A stretch of 64,000 bases of DNA. It comes from an uncultured Verrucomicrobiae bacterium. Its GTDB lineage: Bacteria; Verrucomicrobiota; Verrucomicrobiia; Limisphaerales; Palsa-1400. Position numbers and translations under genes: made by a program. The stretch is taken from the NCBI GenBank assembly GCA_963764165.1, contig CAVXRD010000002.1, positions 1,792,001 through 1,856,000 on the forward strand, written 5' to 3'. Under the pieces are notes generated by a model. It was not told the DNA's origin, did no database searches, and was given only the letters and a program-made list of their open reading frames with translations. This document shows, piece by piece, positions 19,240 through 28,484 of the stretch (the first letter of the stretch is position 1; every line of letters starts with the position of its first letter).

Positions 19240-21543
19240 ATGAACGTATTCCATCGCAAGTTTCTTGTATGCGCCGCCGTTCCGCTGTCGTCAGCCATCC
19301 TTGCGGCTTCCTTGCATGCCGAGATTCCACGCCCAGAGCACCCACGTCCGGACGCCTTCCGCGCCAACTGGATTTCGCTCAACGGAGAATGGCAATTTGA
19401 AATTGACGACAGCGACAACGGCAATTCGCGCGGGCTTTATTCTGGCCACGATCTGGATTCCAAAATCGTCGTGCCATTCTGCCCCGAAAGCAAATTATCC
19501 GGGCTGGGCCACTACGGCATCATGAAGCACACATGGTATCGGCGCGTCTTCGAGGTGCCGCCCGCCATGGAAGGCAAACGCGTTCTGTTGCATTTCGGAG
19601 CGGTGGATTATCGGGCGCGCGTGTGGGTCAATGGCGCGGAAGCGGGCTCGCATGTTGGCGGGAGCGTGCCATTTGAGTTCGACGTCACCCATTTGCTCCG
19701 GGGCGGACAGAACGAAGTCGTCGTCCACGTATTTCACGATGTCGCGTCTGGACACGAACCCACAGGCAAGCAAACGCACACAGTCAGCGAAGGTTGCGTC
19801 TACACGCGCACCACCGGAATCTGGCAGCCCGTCTGGCTTGAAGCGGTGGGTTCAAGTTTTGTCAAAACTATTTCTATTGTGCCGGACCTGGATAATTCCA
19901 GTGTCTCCATTGATGCCGAGATCGATGGGCCGGCGGACGGGCTTGCTTTCAAGGCGGAAGCGCTGGCTGGCGGGAAAAGCGTGGGTTCGGCTTCCATGCT
20001 GGCTGGCGGCGGCCCGCTGCACCTTGCCGTCAACCTCAGCGAAAAGCATTTGTGGGAGCCGGCTTCGCCCTTTTTGTACGACTTGAAATTCACTTTGACG
20101 CGCGGAACGGAAACCGTCGACGAAATGTCGAGCTACTTTGGCTTGCGCAGCGTCAAGATCGACGGCCGTTCAATTCTCGTGAATGGCAAGCGCATTTTCC
20201 AGCGGCTGATTCTCGACCAGGGATTTTACCCGGACAGCGAATGGACGGCCCCCTCGGACGCGGAATTGAAGCGCGACATCGAGCGTTCGATGGCCGCCGG
20301 ATTCAATGGCGCGCGATTGCACCAAAAAGTGTTTGAGCCGCGCTATCTCTATTGGGCCGACAAGCTCGGCTACCTCGTTTGGTCTGAGTTTCCAAACTGG
20401 GGTTTCGATTTCCTCCCGCAGGATTACGCCAAATACACCAACGAATGGCGCGAAGCCATGCTGCGCGACCGGAATCATCCGTCCATCATCGGCTGGTGCC
20501 CTTTCAATGAAACGCCTGCCAAGGCGGGCGAACTTCAGGCGATCGTCTGGCAGCAAACGCGCGAATTGGATCCGACGCGCCCGGTGCTGGAAACGAGCGG
20601 CTGGACCCACACCGTGCCCAATCCGCTGGTTCGCGACGATCACGATTACAATCAAGTTCCGGCGGCGTTCAAAAAACGCTGGGAAGATTTTTTTAAAGGC
20701 GACCCGGCAGCGTCCGCGCCCGCCCGGTATGGCGTCAAAAACACGGGCCATTCGGATCGCGGCATTCCATTCATGGTCAGCGAATTCGGCGGCATCGGCT
20801 GGGCCACCGAGGGCGGATGGGGTTACGGCGACGGCCCGAAATCGGAAGCGGAATTTTACACGCGCTACGGCGGCCTGATGGCGGCGCTGCTGGATAATCC
20901 GAACATGTTCGGCTTTTGCTACACGCAACTCACGGACGTCGAGCAGGAGCACAACGGATTGTATTTTTACGACCGCCGCCCAAAGTTCGACCTGGCGAAA
21001 ATTCATGATTCCACGGCGCGCCCGGCGGCTTACGAAACGGCGGGGCCGACCGCGCCTTTGCCATCCGCGAATCTTGCCCGCCATTGGAACGTCCTCGTTG
21101 GCGCCGCCGCCGATGGCGCGCTGGCTAGGCCTTATCGCTGCACCACCAACGAGCCGCCCGCGGATTGGAAATCCGCTGAGGCGGACGATTCGTCCTGGTC
21201 CTCGGACCTCGCGCCTTTCGGCCACGCGCTGCCCGGCGTCCGCACAGCCTGGACGAGCGGCGACATTTGGCTCCGCCAAAAATTCCAATGTGATGAATCC
21301 TCGATTCAAGCGGGCCTGCTGGTCATTTTTTATGATGAAGACACCGAGGTGTACGTGAATGGAGAGCTTGTTTGGAAAGGCACCGGCTTCGCGACAAGCT
21401 ACCAGGCCCACGGCGTGACAGCCAGTCTTCAGAAAGCCTTGCGCAAGGGCGAGAACACTCTGGCCGTCCACACGCATCAAACCACCGGCGGGCAATTTAT
21501 TGACCTGGCGCTTCTGACCGAAGAATCTGGCGCAGCGCGCTAA
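19240..21543 (+). CDS. Glycoside hydrolase family 2
   Basis: SD GAGGAG before ATG 19240; 'RPEHPRP', 'LNGEWQF', 'LHFGAVDY', 'GIWQPVWLE', 'RDRNHPSIIGWCPFNE', 'VSEFGG'. Confidence 0.9.
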   Translation: MNVFHRKFLVCAAVPLSSAILAASLHAEIPRPEHPRPDAFRANWISLNGEWQFEIDDSDNGNSRGLYSGHDLDSKIVVPFCPESKLSGLGHYGIMKHTWYRRVFEVPPAMEGKRVLLHFGAVDYRARVWVNGAEAGSHVGGSVPFEFDVTHLLRGGQNEVVVHVFHDVASGHEPTGKQTHTVSEGCVYTRTTGIWQPVWLEAVGSSFVKTISIVPDLDNSSVSIDAEIDGPADGLAFKAEALAGGKSVGSASMLAGGGPLHLAVNLSEKHLWEPASPFLYDLKFTLTRGTETVDEMSSYFGLRSVKIDGRSILVNGKRIFQRLILDQGFYPDSEWTAPSDAELKRDIERSMAAGFNGARLHQKVFEPRYLYWADKLGYLVWSEFPNWGFDFLPQDYAKYTNEWREAMLRDRNHPSIIGWCPFNETPAKAGELQAIVWQQTRELDPTRPVLETSGWTHTVPNPLVRDDHDYNQVPAAFKKRWEDFFKGDPAASAPARYGVKNTGHSDRGIPFMVSEFGGIGWATEGGWGYGDGPKSEAEFYTRYGGLMAALLDNPNMFGFCYTQLTDVEQEHNGLYFYDRRPKFDLAKIHDSTARPAAYETAGPTAPLPSANLARHWNVLVGAAADGALARPYRCTTNEPPADWKSAEADDSSWSSDLAPFGHALPGVRTAWTSGDIWLRQKFQCDESSIQAGLLVIFYDEDTEVYVNGELVWKGTGFATSYQAHGVTASLQKALRKGENTLAVHTHQTTGGQFIDLALLTEESGAAR

Positions 21544-21597
21544 TTCATCCAGCAATCGAGGGGATTAAACACGGGCGATGGACGCGGGCCGTCAGGC

Positions 21598-21714
21598 GGA
21601 GCGCGACTGTGTCGCAGACCAGTCGCAGCATGTTGACTTGCAAACCGCGTCCGTGGATCGGCTTGCTGCGGCTGATTCTCCGTCGCTTCGCTCCTCCGAA
21701 CACAGCCGCGCTCC
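21598..21714. repeat. Family-B REP/MITE-like inverted repeat element
   Basis: GGAGCGCGACTGTGTCGCAGACCAGTCGCAGC ... GCTGCGGCTGA...ACACAGCCGCGCTCC; same arms at 43259-43441 and 49251-49301. Confidence 0.85.
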
Positions 21715-21733
21715 ACTCATAGTGATCGGCGCC

Positions 21734-22711
21734 TCACCCACCCTCAAACACTCCGTCCGGCAATTCCCGCACCACGCTCTTGGGGTCTTTGTCGTCGCGC
21801 AAACCGAGAAATACGGGCTGGCGAAGCTTGCCCTCGTTCGTCCATTCGGCGAACTTTATTTGACAGACCAGCTCGGGCTTCAGCCAGGCGCACCGGCGCA
21901 ATTCCGGGCCGCCGAATTCTCCCGCCACGCCGGTCGAGAACGGGCATTTGTTGGCTTTCAGTTTCTCGAATTTTCTGTGGAGTGATTCCAGCAGCGCCTC
22001 GTCAAATCCAGTTCCCACTTTGGAGGCGAAGGTCAGCATTCCATCCTTGTAATATCCAACGAGAAGGGCTCCGAAATGCTGCCGCGAGCCTTTCGGCGCA
22101 GTATAGCCGCCAATGACAAATTCCTGTTCGCCCACCGCCTTGACCTTCAGCCACGACGCGCTTCGCCGGTCCGGTTCATAGATCGAATCCGCGCGTTTGG
22201 CCATGATTCCCTCCAGGCCGAGCTGGCCGACCTCTTTCCAAATCGCCGCCGGAGAGCCGTCCAAGGCCGGGGACACCCGCAATTTGTCACTCCTGCCCCG
22301 CAGCGTTTTTTCCAGCGCTTTCTTCCGCTGCAACAGCGGGAGGCCGGTCAAATCCTTGCCGTCAAGATGAAGCATGTCGAATGCGTAATAGCGGATGCGC
22401 GAGCGGACGCTTTCGTCGCGCCCGCGATTTTGCAGAAGCTGGAACGAAGAGCGGCCCTGGTCATCCAGGGCAATAATCTCGCCGTCTAATATCACGCTCT
22501 CCGCGCGGATTTTCTGAACCTCCTCCACGATGTCCGGATGCTCCGCCGTCAGCTCGCGAGGCTTGCGGGAATAGAGGCGAACACGTTTTCCATCCTTGAT
22601 TGCAATCGCGCGGACACCGTCGAATTTTATTTCAAATATCCATCCCGGCCCTTCCGGCAAGGCGGCGGCCTGGCGGGACTTCATGGGTGGCACAAAGGAG
22701 ACATCTTTCAT
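21734..22711 (-). CDS. ligD: ATP-dependent DNA ligase (stand-alone LigD ligase domain)
   Basis: Motif I 'EIKFDGVR', 'LDGEI', 'YAFDML', 'EGIMAK', 'WLKVK', OB domain 'VGTGF...LRQPVFLGLRDDK'; no POL or PE domain. Confidence 0.88.
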   Translation of the reverse strand: MKDVSFVPPMKSRQAAALPEGPGWIFEIKFDGVRAIAIKDGKRVRLYSRKPRELTAEHPDIVEEVQKIRAESVILDGEIIALDDQGRSSFQLLQNRGRDESVRSRIRYYAFDMLHLDGKDLTGLPLLQRKKALEKTLRGRSDKLRVSPALDGSPAAIWKEVGQLGLEGIMAKRADSIYEPDRRSASWLKVKAVGEQEFVIGGYTAPKGSRQHFGALLVGYYKDGMLTFASKVGTGFDEALLESLHRKFEKLKANKCPFSTGVAGEFGGPELRRCAWLKPELVCQIKFAEWTNEGKLRQPVFLGLRDDKDPKSVVRELPDGVFEGG

Positions 22712-23838
22712 TTCTTCTTGACACGCCTGATGCTTTTCTGGAGGAGCTTTTCCAACGGCTCCGCCTGCTGCGCGAGGCGCTTTTGGAGGAAGCCCACGAC
22801 TGCGGCTTCTTCGGGGCGCAGCCGGTGGCGCTTCGCCTTTAGCTCGTGCTCGGCTCGCGCGCGGACGGCTTCAATCGTCGCGCCTTGCAGATAGCCGTTG
22901 AGGATTTCCGGGTGGATGTAGGATTTTTTGCAAATCGCCTTCGTGTTCCCGAGGCGCGCGGCGACGGATTCTATCGCCTGCGCGACATTTTTCTTCGCCT
23001 GGGCCAGCGAATCGAAGGCCGCGAATTCCCGCAGGGCAATTCCAGCCAGCACCGTTCCGGCCCAAGTGCGAAAATCCTTGGCCGTGAAATCGCCGCCAGA
23101 AATTTCCCCGAGATATTCGTTCACGTCTTCGGAGCGGATGTTTTGGCGCTGGCCGCTCTCGTCAATGTATTGAAATAAATCCTGTCCGGGAATATCGCGG
23201 CAGTTCCGCACAATTCGCGCGAGCCGCGCGTCGTGAATTTCCACCTCGTGCTCCTTGCCGCTCTTGCCGCGAAAATGAAATTGAATGGTCGAGCCGCGAA
23301 TGCCGACGTGGCGATTCTTCATGGTCGTCAGGCCATAAGAATGGTTCTCGTGCTCGTATTCCGTGTTGCCCACGCGGATCAAGCTGACTTCCAGCAATTG
23401 CACCACCGCCGCCAGCACTTGCCGTTTCGAGCGGGATGGCGCCTTCAAATCGCGGGCGACCTGGCGGCGGATGCGCGGCAGCGCCTTGGCGAAGGCCAGC
23501 ACGCGGTTGTATTTGGTGTCGTCGCGCGCTTCGCGCCAGCGCGGGTGGTAGCGATACTGTTTGCGCCCGCGATCGTCGCGTCCGGTGGCCTGCAAATGGC
23601 CGTTTTCAACCGGGCAAATCCAGACGTCGCGCCACGCTGGAGGAATGGCCAGCGATTTGATGCGTTTCAGGAGCGGCTCATCTGTGATTTTTTTCCCGTG
23701 CGCATCGAGATATTTGAATCCCTGCCCATTCAAACAGCGGGTGATTCCATCCTGCTCTCCCGTGACATAACGCAGGTGCGCGGTGCGGGCGAACTTCGCC
23801 CCATCGTCAGCCAGCTTTGACCCGCCGTTGTTGTGCAT
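22708..23838 (-). CDS. Bacterial/poxvirus-like DNA topoisomerase IB
   Basis: 'LAIPPAW.DVWIC', 'GRKQYRYH', 'IRVGN', 'FRGKSGK', 'TAKDFRTW', 'LGNT.AICKKSYIHP' (catalytic R, K, R, N, Y). Confidence 0.93.
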   Translation of the reverse strand: MHNNGGSKLADDGAKFARTAHLRYVTGEQDGITRCLNGQGFKYLDAHGKKITDEPLLKRIKSLAIPPAWRDVWICPVENGHLQATGRDDRGRKQYRYHPRWREARDDTKYNRVLAFAKALPRIRRQVARDLKAPSRSKRQVLAAVVQLLEVSLIRVGNTEYEHENHSYGLTTMKNRHVGIRGSTIQFHFRGKSGKEHEVEIHDARLARIVRNCRDIPGQDLFQYIDESGQRQNIRSEDVNEYLGEISGGDFTAKDFRTWAGTVLAGIALREFAAFDSLAQAKKNVAQAIESVAARLGNTKAICKKSYIHPEILNGYLQGATIEAVRARAEHELKAKRHRLRPEEAAVVGFLQKRLAQQAEPLEKLLQKSIRRVKKK

Positions 23839-23899
23839 GGCTGAATATCACAGCCATGCGGCGCGCGGCAAACGTGGGTGATGGCCCCATGAACGGAGG

Positions 23900-24610
23900 T
23901 TAGAGTGGCGTCACTTTCAAAGTGCGAAAGGCCACTGAGCCGTGATCGCCTTGCACATAAATCGGCCCGGTCGGATGTTCCTTGGCTTTGCGGCTGACGT
24001 TTGTGCCGTGAGCAATTTCAACATTGCTCTGCACCACTGTCCCATTCAATTCCACTTCCACGAATTTTGCGTTCGCGATCTTTTTGCCGGCGGCGTCGAA
24101 ACGCGGGGCGTGAAAAACAATTTTCAGCGTCTGCCATTCGCCGGGCTTCTTGCACGCGTTGGTCGAGGGCGGCGTCTCGCTGTAAACCGCTCCGCAATCC
24201 GTCTTGCCCGGATGCGGATTGCCGTAGCTGTCAAAAATCTGGATCTCGTAAATGTTCTCCAATTTGATGCCGGAATTCGAATCAGTCGAATTGCCCGGCG
24301 TCGATTTTCCAACCATGAACTCCGCCTCAACCATGCAATCCCCAAATTCGGCGATGGACGAAAGGTTTACCGTGCGGTTGGTGTTGATCATGTCGGTGCC
24401 CGGCCCGGAAACTTTCACCCGCGAGGGGTGCTCTTGGTCCCAGACAGCGGTTCCAAAGGTCCATTCGTTTGTTCCTTTGCCAACGACTTTCCATCCGTCC
24501 GTATTTTTGCCGTTGATGAGCGAGACAGATTTGGAGACATCTTGCGCGCGCGAAACCGCGGCGGCGGCCAGCATGAAAATGGCGATGGCGTTGCGAAGAG
24601 AGCAGTTCAT
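23900..24610 (-). CDS. DUF1080 (3-keto-disaccharide hydrolase-like) secreted protein
   Basis: 'SLINGKNTDGW', 'NSGI', 'YEIQIFDS', 'GEWQT', 'GPIYVQGDH..VAFR'. Confidence 0.85.
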   Translation of the reverse strand: MNCSLRNAIAIFMLAAAAVSRAQDVSKSVSLINGKNTDGWKVVGKGTNEWTFGTAVWDQEHPSRVKVSGPGTDMINTNRTVNLSSIAEFGDCMVEAEFMVGKSTPGNSTDSNSGIKLENIYEIQIFDSYGNPHPGKTDCGAVYSETPPSTNACKKPGEWQTLKIVFHAPRFDAAGKKIANAKFVEVELNGTVVQSNVEIAHGTNVSRKAKEHPTGPIYVQGDHGSVAFRTLKVTPL

Positions 24611-24738
24611 GCAGCGAGATTGCGACGGACGCGCCGCCTCGTCAACATCGTTCAACCTGCTCGATCAAACAGGGCAAAATGAAGACGTTCGAACTCAAGA
24701 CAAACCGAGGGCGCTGAGATGGGAATTCTATTTGCCTT

Positions 24739-24975
24739 TCTTCTTCGTGTCCTTTGCGTACTTCCTGTTCAATTCTTTTGCCGCTTCTGGCTGGCCCTGA
24801 CGAGTGCCACGCGCGCCGCTCGGCCGCCGGATTTAAACAAGACTTTTCACAGCAAGGACACGAAGGACACGAAGAATCTTGTTTCACGCCTGTCTTGAGG
24901 AGCGACTTATGGATTTGAGATTGCGCAACCCGGGCAGCTTTTCCTCTGCGCTCTCGGTTTTACTCCTGTTCAAAA
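24739..24975. repeat. Inverted-repeat element with tandem 'GGACACGAA' units (family E)
   Basis: TTCTTCGTGTCCTT...CTTCCTGTTCAA versus AAGGACACGAAGGACACGAAGAA; related arm CTCCTGTTCAAAAA at ~24963. Confidence 0.6.
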
Positions 24976-25195
24976 ATCCCTTCCATTGTAACCACTTTTG
25001 GCGGCAGGTTTATTGGTAGTGTCCTAATTTGAAATAGTGCTTTCATCTTGATTGTTATCCGGTCACAATTCAAGGTGTGGGATAATTTCAAAAAAGTCCA
25101 GCCATAAAAATCTTGTCAAGCCCTATTTTCAATAACCAACTTTCACTTGACAGAACCGCCTGCCAGAACGGTGGTAAAATTGCTGCATGATAAAA

Positions 25196-25576
25196 TTATT
25201 GTGGTGGACCTTGGTTTTGGGCGGTATGCTCGCTGGAGCATCGCCAATACGCCGCCTTGCGACCGGGCGGCATTCCCATCATAACCGGATTATGGCGGCA
25301 TTCTTTGCAATACGGGACCGCCTCGAATCCGTTGGCCGTTCGCTTCCACAGCACGCCGCCGAATTCTTTGAAGGCACCAACAATTGGCTGAGAATTCTTA
25401 AACTGTGCGCGAAGCTGGCCATTCTCGATTGCAAGGCGAGACACATCTGCTTCAAGCGAAACAACCTTCTCCGCGAGCAGCAGCGCCTTCTTCTCGAGAA
25501 GATCAACAACGTCTTTTGATAATCCGGCGGTGCTGCCTATGCGAATGATCTCTTTCGCTGTTTCAGCGGCTCCCAT
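25196..25576 (-). CDS. Hypothetical protein: coiled coil plus putative Zn ribbon
   Basis: Heptad segment 'LLAEKVVSLEADVSRLAIENGQLRAQF'; 'PYCKEC...WRCSSEH'. Confidence 0.6.
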   Translation of the reverse strand: MGAAETAKEIIRIGSTAGLSKDVVDLLEKKALLLAEKVVSLEADVSRLAIENGQLRAQFKNSQPIVGAFKEFGGVLWKRTANGFEAVPYCKECRHNPVMMGMPPGRKAAYWRCSSEHTAQNQGPPQ

Positions 25577-25701
25577 AATTTGTCACGTTCATTGGTGTGC
25601 GATTATCAAAGCGCGGCATCCAATAGTCCAATGATTTATTTTGCCGGAGTCTTACATTTAAGACTTGCAAGATCAAGCAAAAATCATAAATGTTTGAACC
25701 A

Positions 25702-25920
25702 ATGAACAATCAATCTGGCCCATTCAAAGGCCCACCCCAGAACGCCAAGCAAAATCTTGAGGCGAAGTTGCTCAAGTTGGAGAAAAAGACATCGGATTTG
25801 GAGAAAAAAGTATCTCCATACGAGGCCAATATAGCGGAAATGAAGGTCGAATTGGCGGCGCAGAAGGCGAAAATAGATAAATTGCTTGCGGCGTTGAGTC
25901 ATAAAAAGGGGGAAGTGTAA
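25702..25920 (+). CDS. Small coiled-coil hypothetical protein
   Basis: 'LEAKLLKLEKKTSDLEKKV...IAEMKVELAAQKAKIDKLL'. Confidence 0.5.
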   Translation: MNNQSGPFKGPPQNAKQNLEAKLLKLEKKTSDLEKKVSPYEANIAEMKVELAAQKAKIDKLLAALSHKKGEV

Positions 25921-26353
25921 GAACTAACTCTGACCGCTTTGCGCGATCATCTGAAAAGGAAAGTTCGGAGAGGGGGTCGGCCTCGTCTAGGTATTCGCTT
26001 ATTTTGCCGCCACAATCGCAGCCCTAACCGCCGTCTCGGCGTCTTTCACCGGGGGAATCTTCAAGACCGCCACAAAGTTGATTCGCTCATCATTCTTGCC
26101 CTGTCTGGCGCACAGAATGGCATCGCCTTCTGTGAAATAACCACGGAAGCGCCAAACCCGGTTAAGAACATGAGCTTGGCCGGGTTTCGTTTTTATACTC
26201 CCGCAAAAAAAGAATCGCTTTGACTCGGTATTCGGCATCGGCTTTGATGCGTTCAGCGCTGGCTAGGATTGACGCCTGTTCGGCGTTGAATGCCGGTGTT
26301 TCAGTTGTTGAACCATCAACGAATTCAATTAAGAAAACAGATACTAATTCCAT

Positions 26354-26605
26354 ATGAATGCTGTTGTTAAATTTGCCAACAAGACTCGCGGAATGTATGC
26401 CGCGAAAGCCGATGAAGGCGGGTTTGTTATTTTTGAACTGATGGATTCTCGCGAGCCACAGATCGGCGATACCGTTTCAGGCTCGTTTCTTTCAATGGGA
26501 AGCGGAACTTACCGCAATCTGACGCAGGGTGAAAAATTTGCAGTCTACACGCAGAACTTCGTAAACACTGTCGAGATGGCCAAGAAACAGTGTTTCTTGG
26601 CGTGA
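26354..26605 (+). CDS. Small hypothetical protein (OB-like beta strands)
   Basis: 83-aa ORF with protein-like composition 'GMYAAKADEGGFVIFEL...IGDTVSG'; ends 21 bp before the right TIR. Confidence 0.55.
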   Translation: MNAVVKFANKTRGMYAAKADEGGFVIFELMDSREPQIGDTVSGSFLSMGSGTYRNLTQGEKFAVYTQNFVNTVEMAKKQCFLA

Positions 26606-26697
26606 GTGATCCAATTGTTATCGGATCAAATTAGGACACTACCGGTTTATTCCGATCTTGGGTTGCAAAAGCCGTGAATGGGCCTACTGTGTTTTAC

Positions 26698-28425
26698 ATG
26701 GCAGAGTCCAAGAAGAAGTCCGCCGGTTCAGGTTCCGCAGCCAAGTCCCACCCCGCAGAAAGTTCGCCTCCACCGCAGCCGCCTGCGCCTTCCGTCGAAG
26801 AACTGATTCTCTCCCGCGAGCAACTGGAGGGTCTCTCGCTTTTGCAATTGGTGGACATGATCGTGTCAAAGCTGCCGCCGCGCCATTCGGCCATCATGGA
26901 CATGGTTTATTTGCGGGATCGAGTGGCGGAAGTGGAGGAGATCAATGACCAGGCGCGGCAAACGATTGAAAAACTCGATGCGGTCATTGAAAAGCTTCGC
27001 TCACCCGCCTTTCGTGTTGGAACTTTTCTCATGCCCGTCGAGCCGGACAAAGCCCACGTGTGCGCGGGCGGAACGGATTACGTGTGCCGCATAGACCCGC
27101 AACTGCCGCTGTCCAGCTTGCAAGTGGGGCAGCGCGTGTTGTTGAACGAAGCATTCGCAGTCGTGCTCGGCCTCGGATTTGATCGGAATGGCCCCATCGT
27201 TCGCATTGATGAATTGCTTTCGGGCGGACGTTTGAGGATTGGCCAGGAATCCGGCTTGATGTCCTCTGTTCTGTTGCGTTCCGCTTTGCTGGCCAAGGAA
27301 AAGCTCAAGTCGGGCATGGATGTCCGCCTCGACGCGAATCAACGCGTGGCGCTGGAGGTCATCGGCGTCGGCAAACGCATCGAACGCTCGCTGGAAACAG
27401 TTTCGGCGCTGCCGTGGTCTTCGATTGGCGGCCAGGACGAAGCGGTGCAGGGCATTCGCGATACCATTGAAATGCCGTTCCTCCATCGCGGATTATTCAA
27501 GCGATTCGAGCACACGGTGCCGAAGGGGTTCTTGCTGCACGGCCCGCCCGGTTGCGGCAAGACGCTCCTCGGCAAGGCGACGGCTTACAATTTGCGCCAG
27601 CAAATTCTCGCGGAAACCGGCGTCGACCATCCGGAATTTTTCCTGCACGTCAAAGGCCCGGAGATTCTCAACATGTGGGTCGGCGAATCCGAACGGCAGG
27701 TGCGCGATCTCTTCGCCCAATGCCGCGAGCGCGCCGCCGAAGGTTCGCTTGCGTTCCTGTTCATTGACGAGGCGGAATCGATTCTCGGCACCCGCCGGGC
27801 CGGCCGTTACAGCTCGATTCTCAGCACGCTCGTCCCGATGTTCTGCACGGAGATGGATGGATTGGAGCCGCTGCAAAACGTCGTCGTCATTCTCGCCTCC
27901 AATCGGGCGGATTTGATTGACCCCGCCATTTTGCGTCCTGGAAGAATTGATAGAAAAATCAAAGTCAACCGTCCAAATCAAGAAGGCGCGCAGCGCATTT
28001 ACGAAATTTATTTGAAAGATTCGCTGCCGCTCGCCGAACCGAAAGACGCCATGGCCAAAGCCATTACAGATTTGCATTACGCCAGGACGGTGGAGAACCA
28101 GTTTCTGGAAATCACCTACCGCAGCGGCAAGAAGGATTTTCTCTACCGCGGCGATCTTGCCAGCGGCGCGATCATCGCGGCGATTGTGGAACGGGCCAAG
28201 AGCCTGGCCATCAAGCGCTCGATTGACATCAAGCAGGAGACGCATCTGACCCGCGACGATCTCGCCAACGCCCTGCAAAAAGAATACGCCGAGAACGACC
28301 TGTTCCCGCCGACGGACATCACGGAGGATTGGCTGAAGTTGACGGACTTTGATCCGGAGAACGTCATCAAGCTCGCGCCGATTCGTCCGCGCAAAAAAGA
28401 GCTGATCGGATCGGGGATTGTTTGA
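26698..28425 (+). CDS. arc: Proteasome-associated AAA ATPase (ARC/Mpa)
   Basis: N-terminal coiled coil ending 'EKLRSP', OB domains ('GQRVLLNEAF'), Walker A GPPGCGKT, pore 'KGPEILNMWVGESERQVR', Walker B 'FIDEAES', SRH 'SNRADLIDPAILRPGRIDRKI', ARC-typical 'SGAIIAAIVERAK..AIKR' and 'ENDLFP.TD..EDW'. Confidence 0.9.
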   Translation: MAESKKKSAGSGSAAKSHPAESSPPPQPPAPSVEELILSREQLEGLSLLQLVDMIVSKLPPRHSAIMDMVYLRDRVAEVEEINDQARQTIEKLDAVIEKLRSPAFRVGTFLMPVEPDKAHVCAGGTDYVCRIDPQLPLSSLQVGQRVLLNEAFAVVLGLGFDRNGPIVRIDELLSGGRLRIGQESGLMSSVLLRSALLAKEKLKSGMDVRLDANQRVALEVIGVGKRIERSLETVSALPWSSIGGQDEAVQGIRDTIEMPFLHRGLFKRFEHTVPKGFLLHGPPGCGKTLLGKATAYNLRQQILAETGVDHPEFFLHVKGPEILNMWVGESERQVRDLFAQCRERAAEGSLAFLFIDEAESILGTRRAGRYSSILSTLVPMFCTEMDGLEPLQNVVVILASNRADLIDPAILRPGRIDRKIKVNRPNQEGAQRIYEIYLKDSLPLAEPKDAMAKAITDLHYARTVENQFLEITYRSGKKDFLYRGDLASGAIIAAIVERAKSLAIKRSIDIKQETHLTRDDLANALQKEYAENDLFPPTDITEDWLKLTDFDPENVIKLAPIRPRKKELIGSGIV

Positions 28426-28484
28426 CGGCCATTGAGCCATTTCGTCCCGACTAGATAAGCCAGCCCGGGCGAAGAAATGACAAC

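Larger units (their letters stand above)
25015..26643. mobile_element. Non-autonomous transposon (IS1595-like ends) carrying small passenger ORFs, no transposase
   Basis: Perfect 18-bp TIRs GGTAGTGTCCTAATTTGA (25015-25032) / TCAAATTAGGACACTACC (26626-26643). 8-bp direct repeat GGTTTATT at 25007-25014 and 26644-26651. The interior is AT-richer than the flanks. Confidence 0.88.

Noticed and set aside
25148..25181. TTGACA...TAAAAT sigma70 promoter
   Set aside because: Spacer is 22 bp, too long
25187..25519. Plus-strand 110-aa ORF in the element (and minus-strand 25684-25902)
   Set aside because: Fully overlap more protein-like ORFs on the opposite strand
25999..26353. Two minus-strand ORFs as transposase remnants
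   Set aside because: No DDE or Zn-ribbon motif seen. 26353 shares CATATG back-to-back with ORF 26354, leaving no room for both starts; left uncalled
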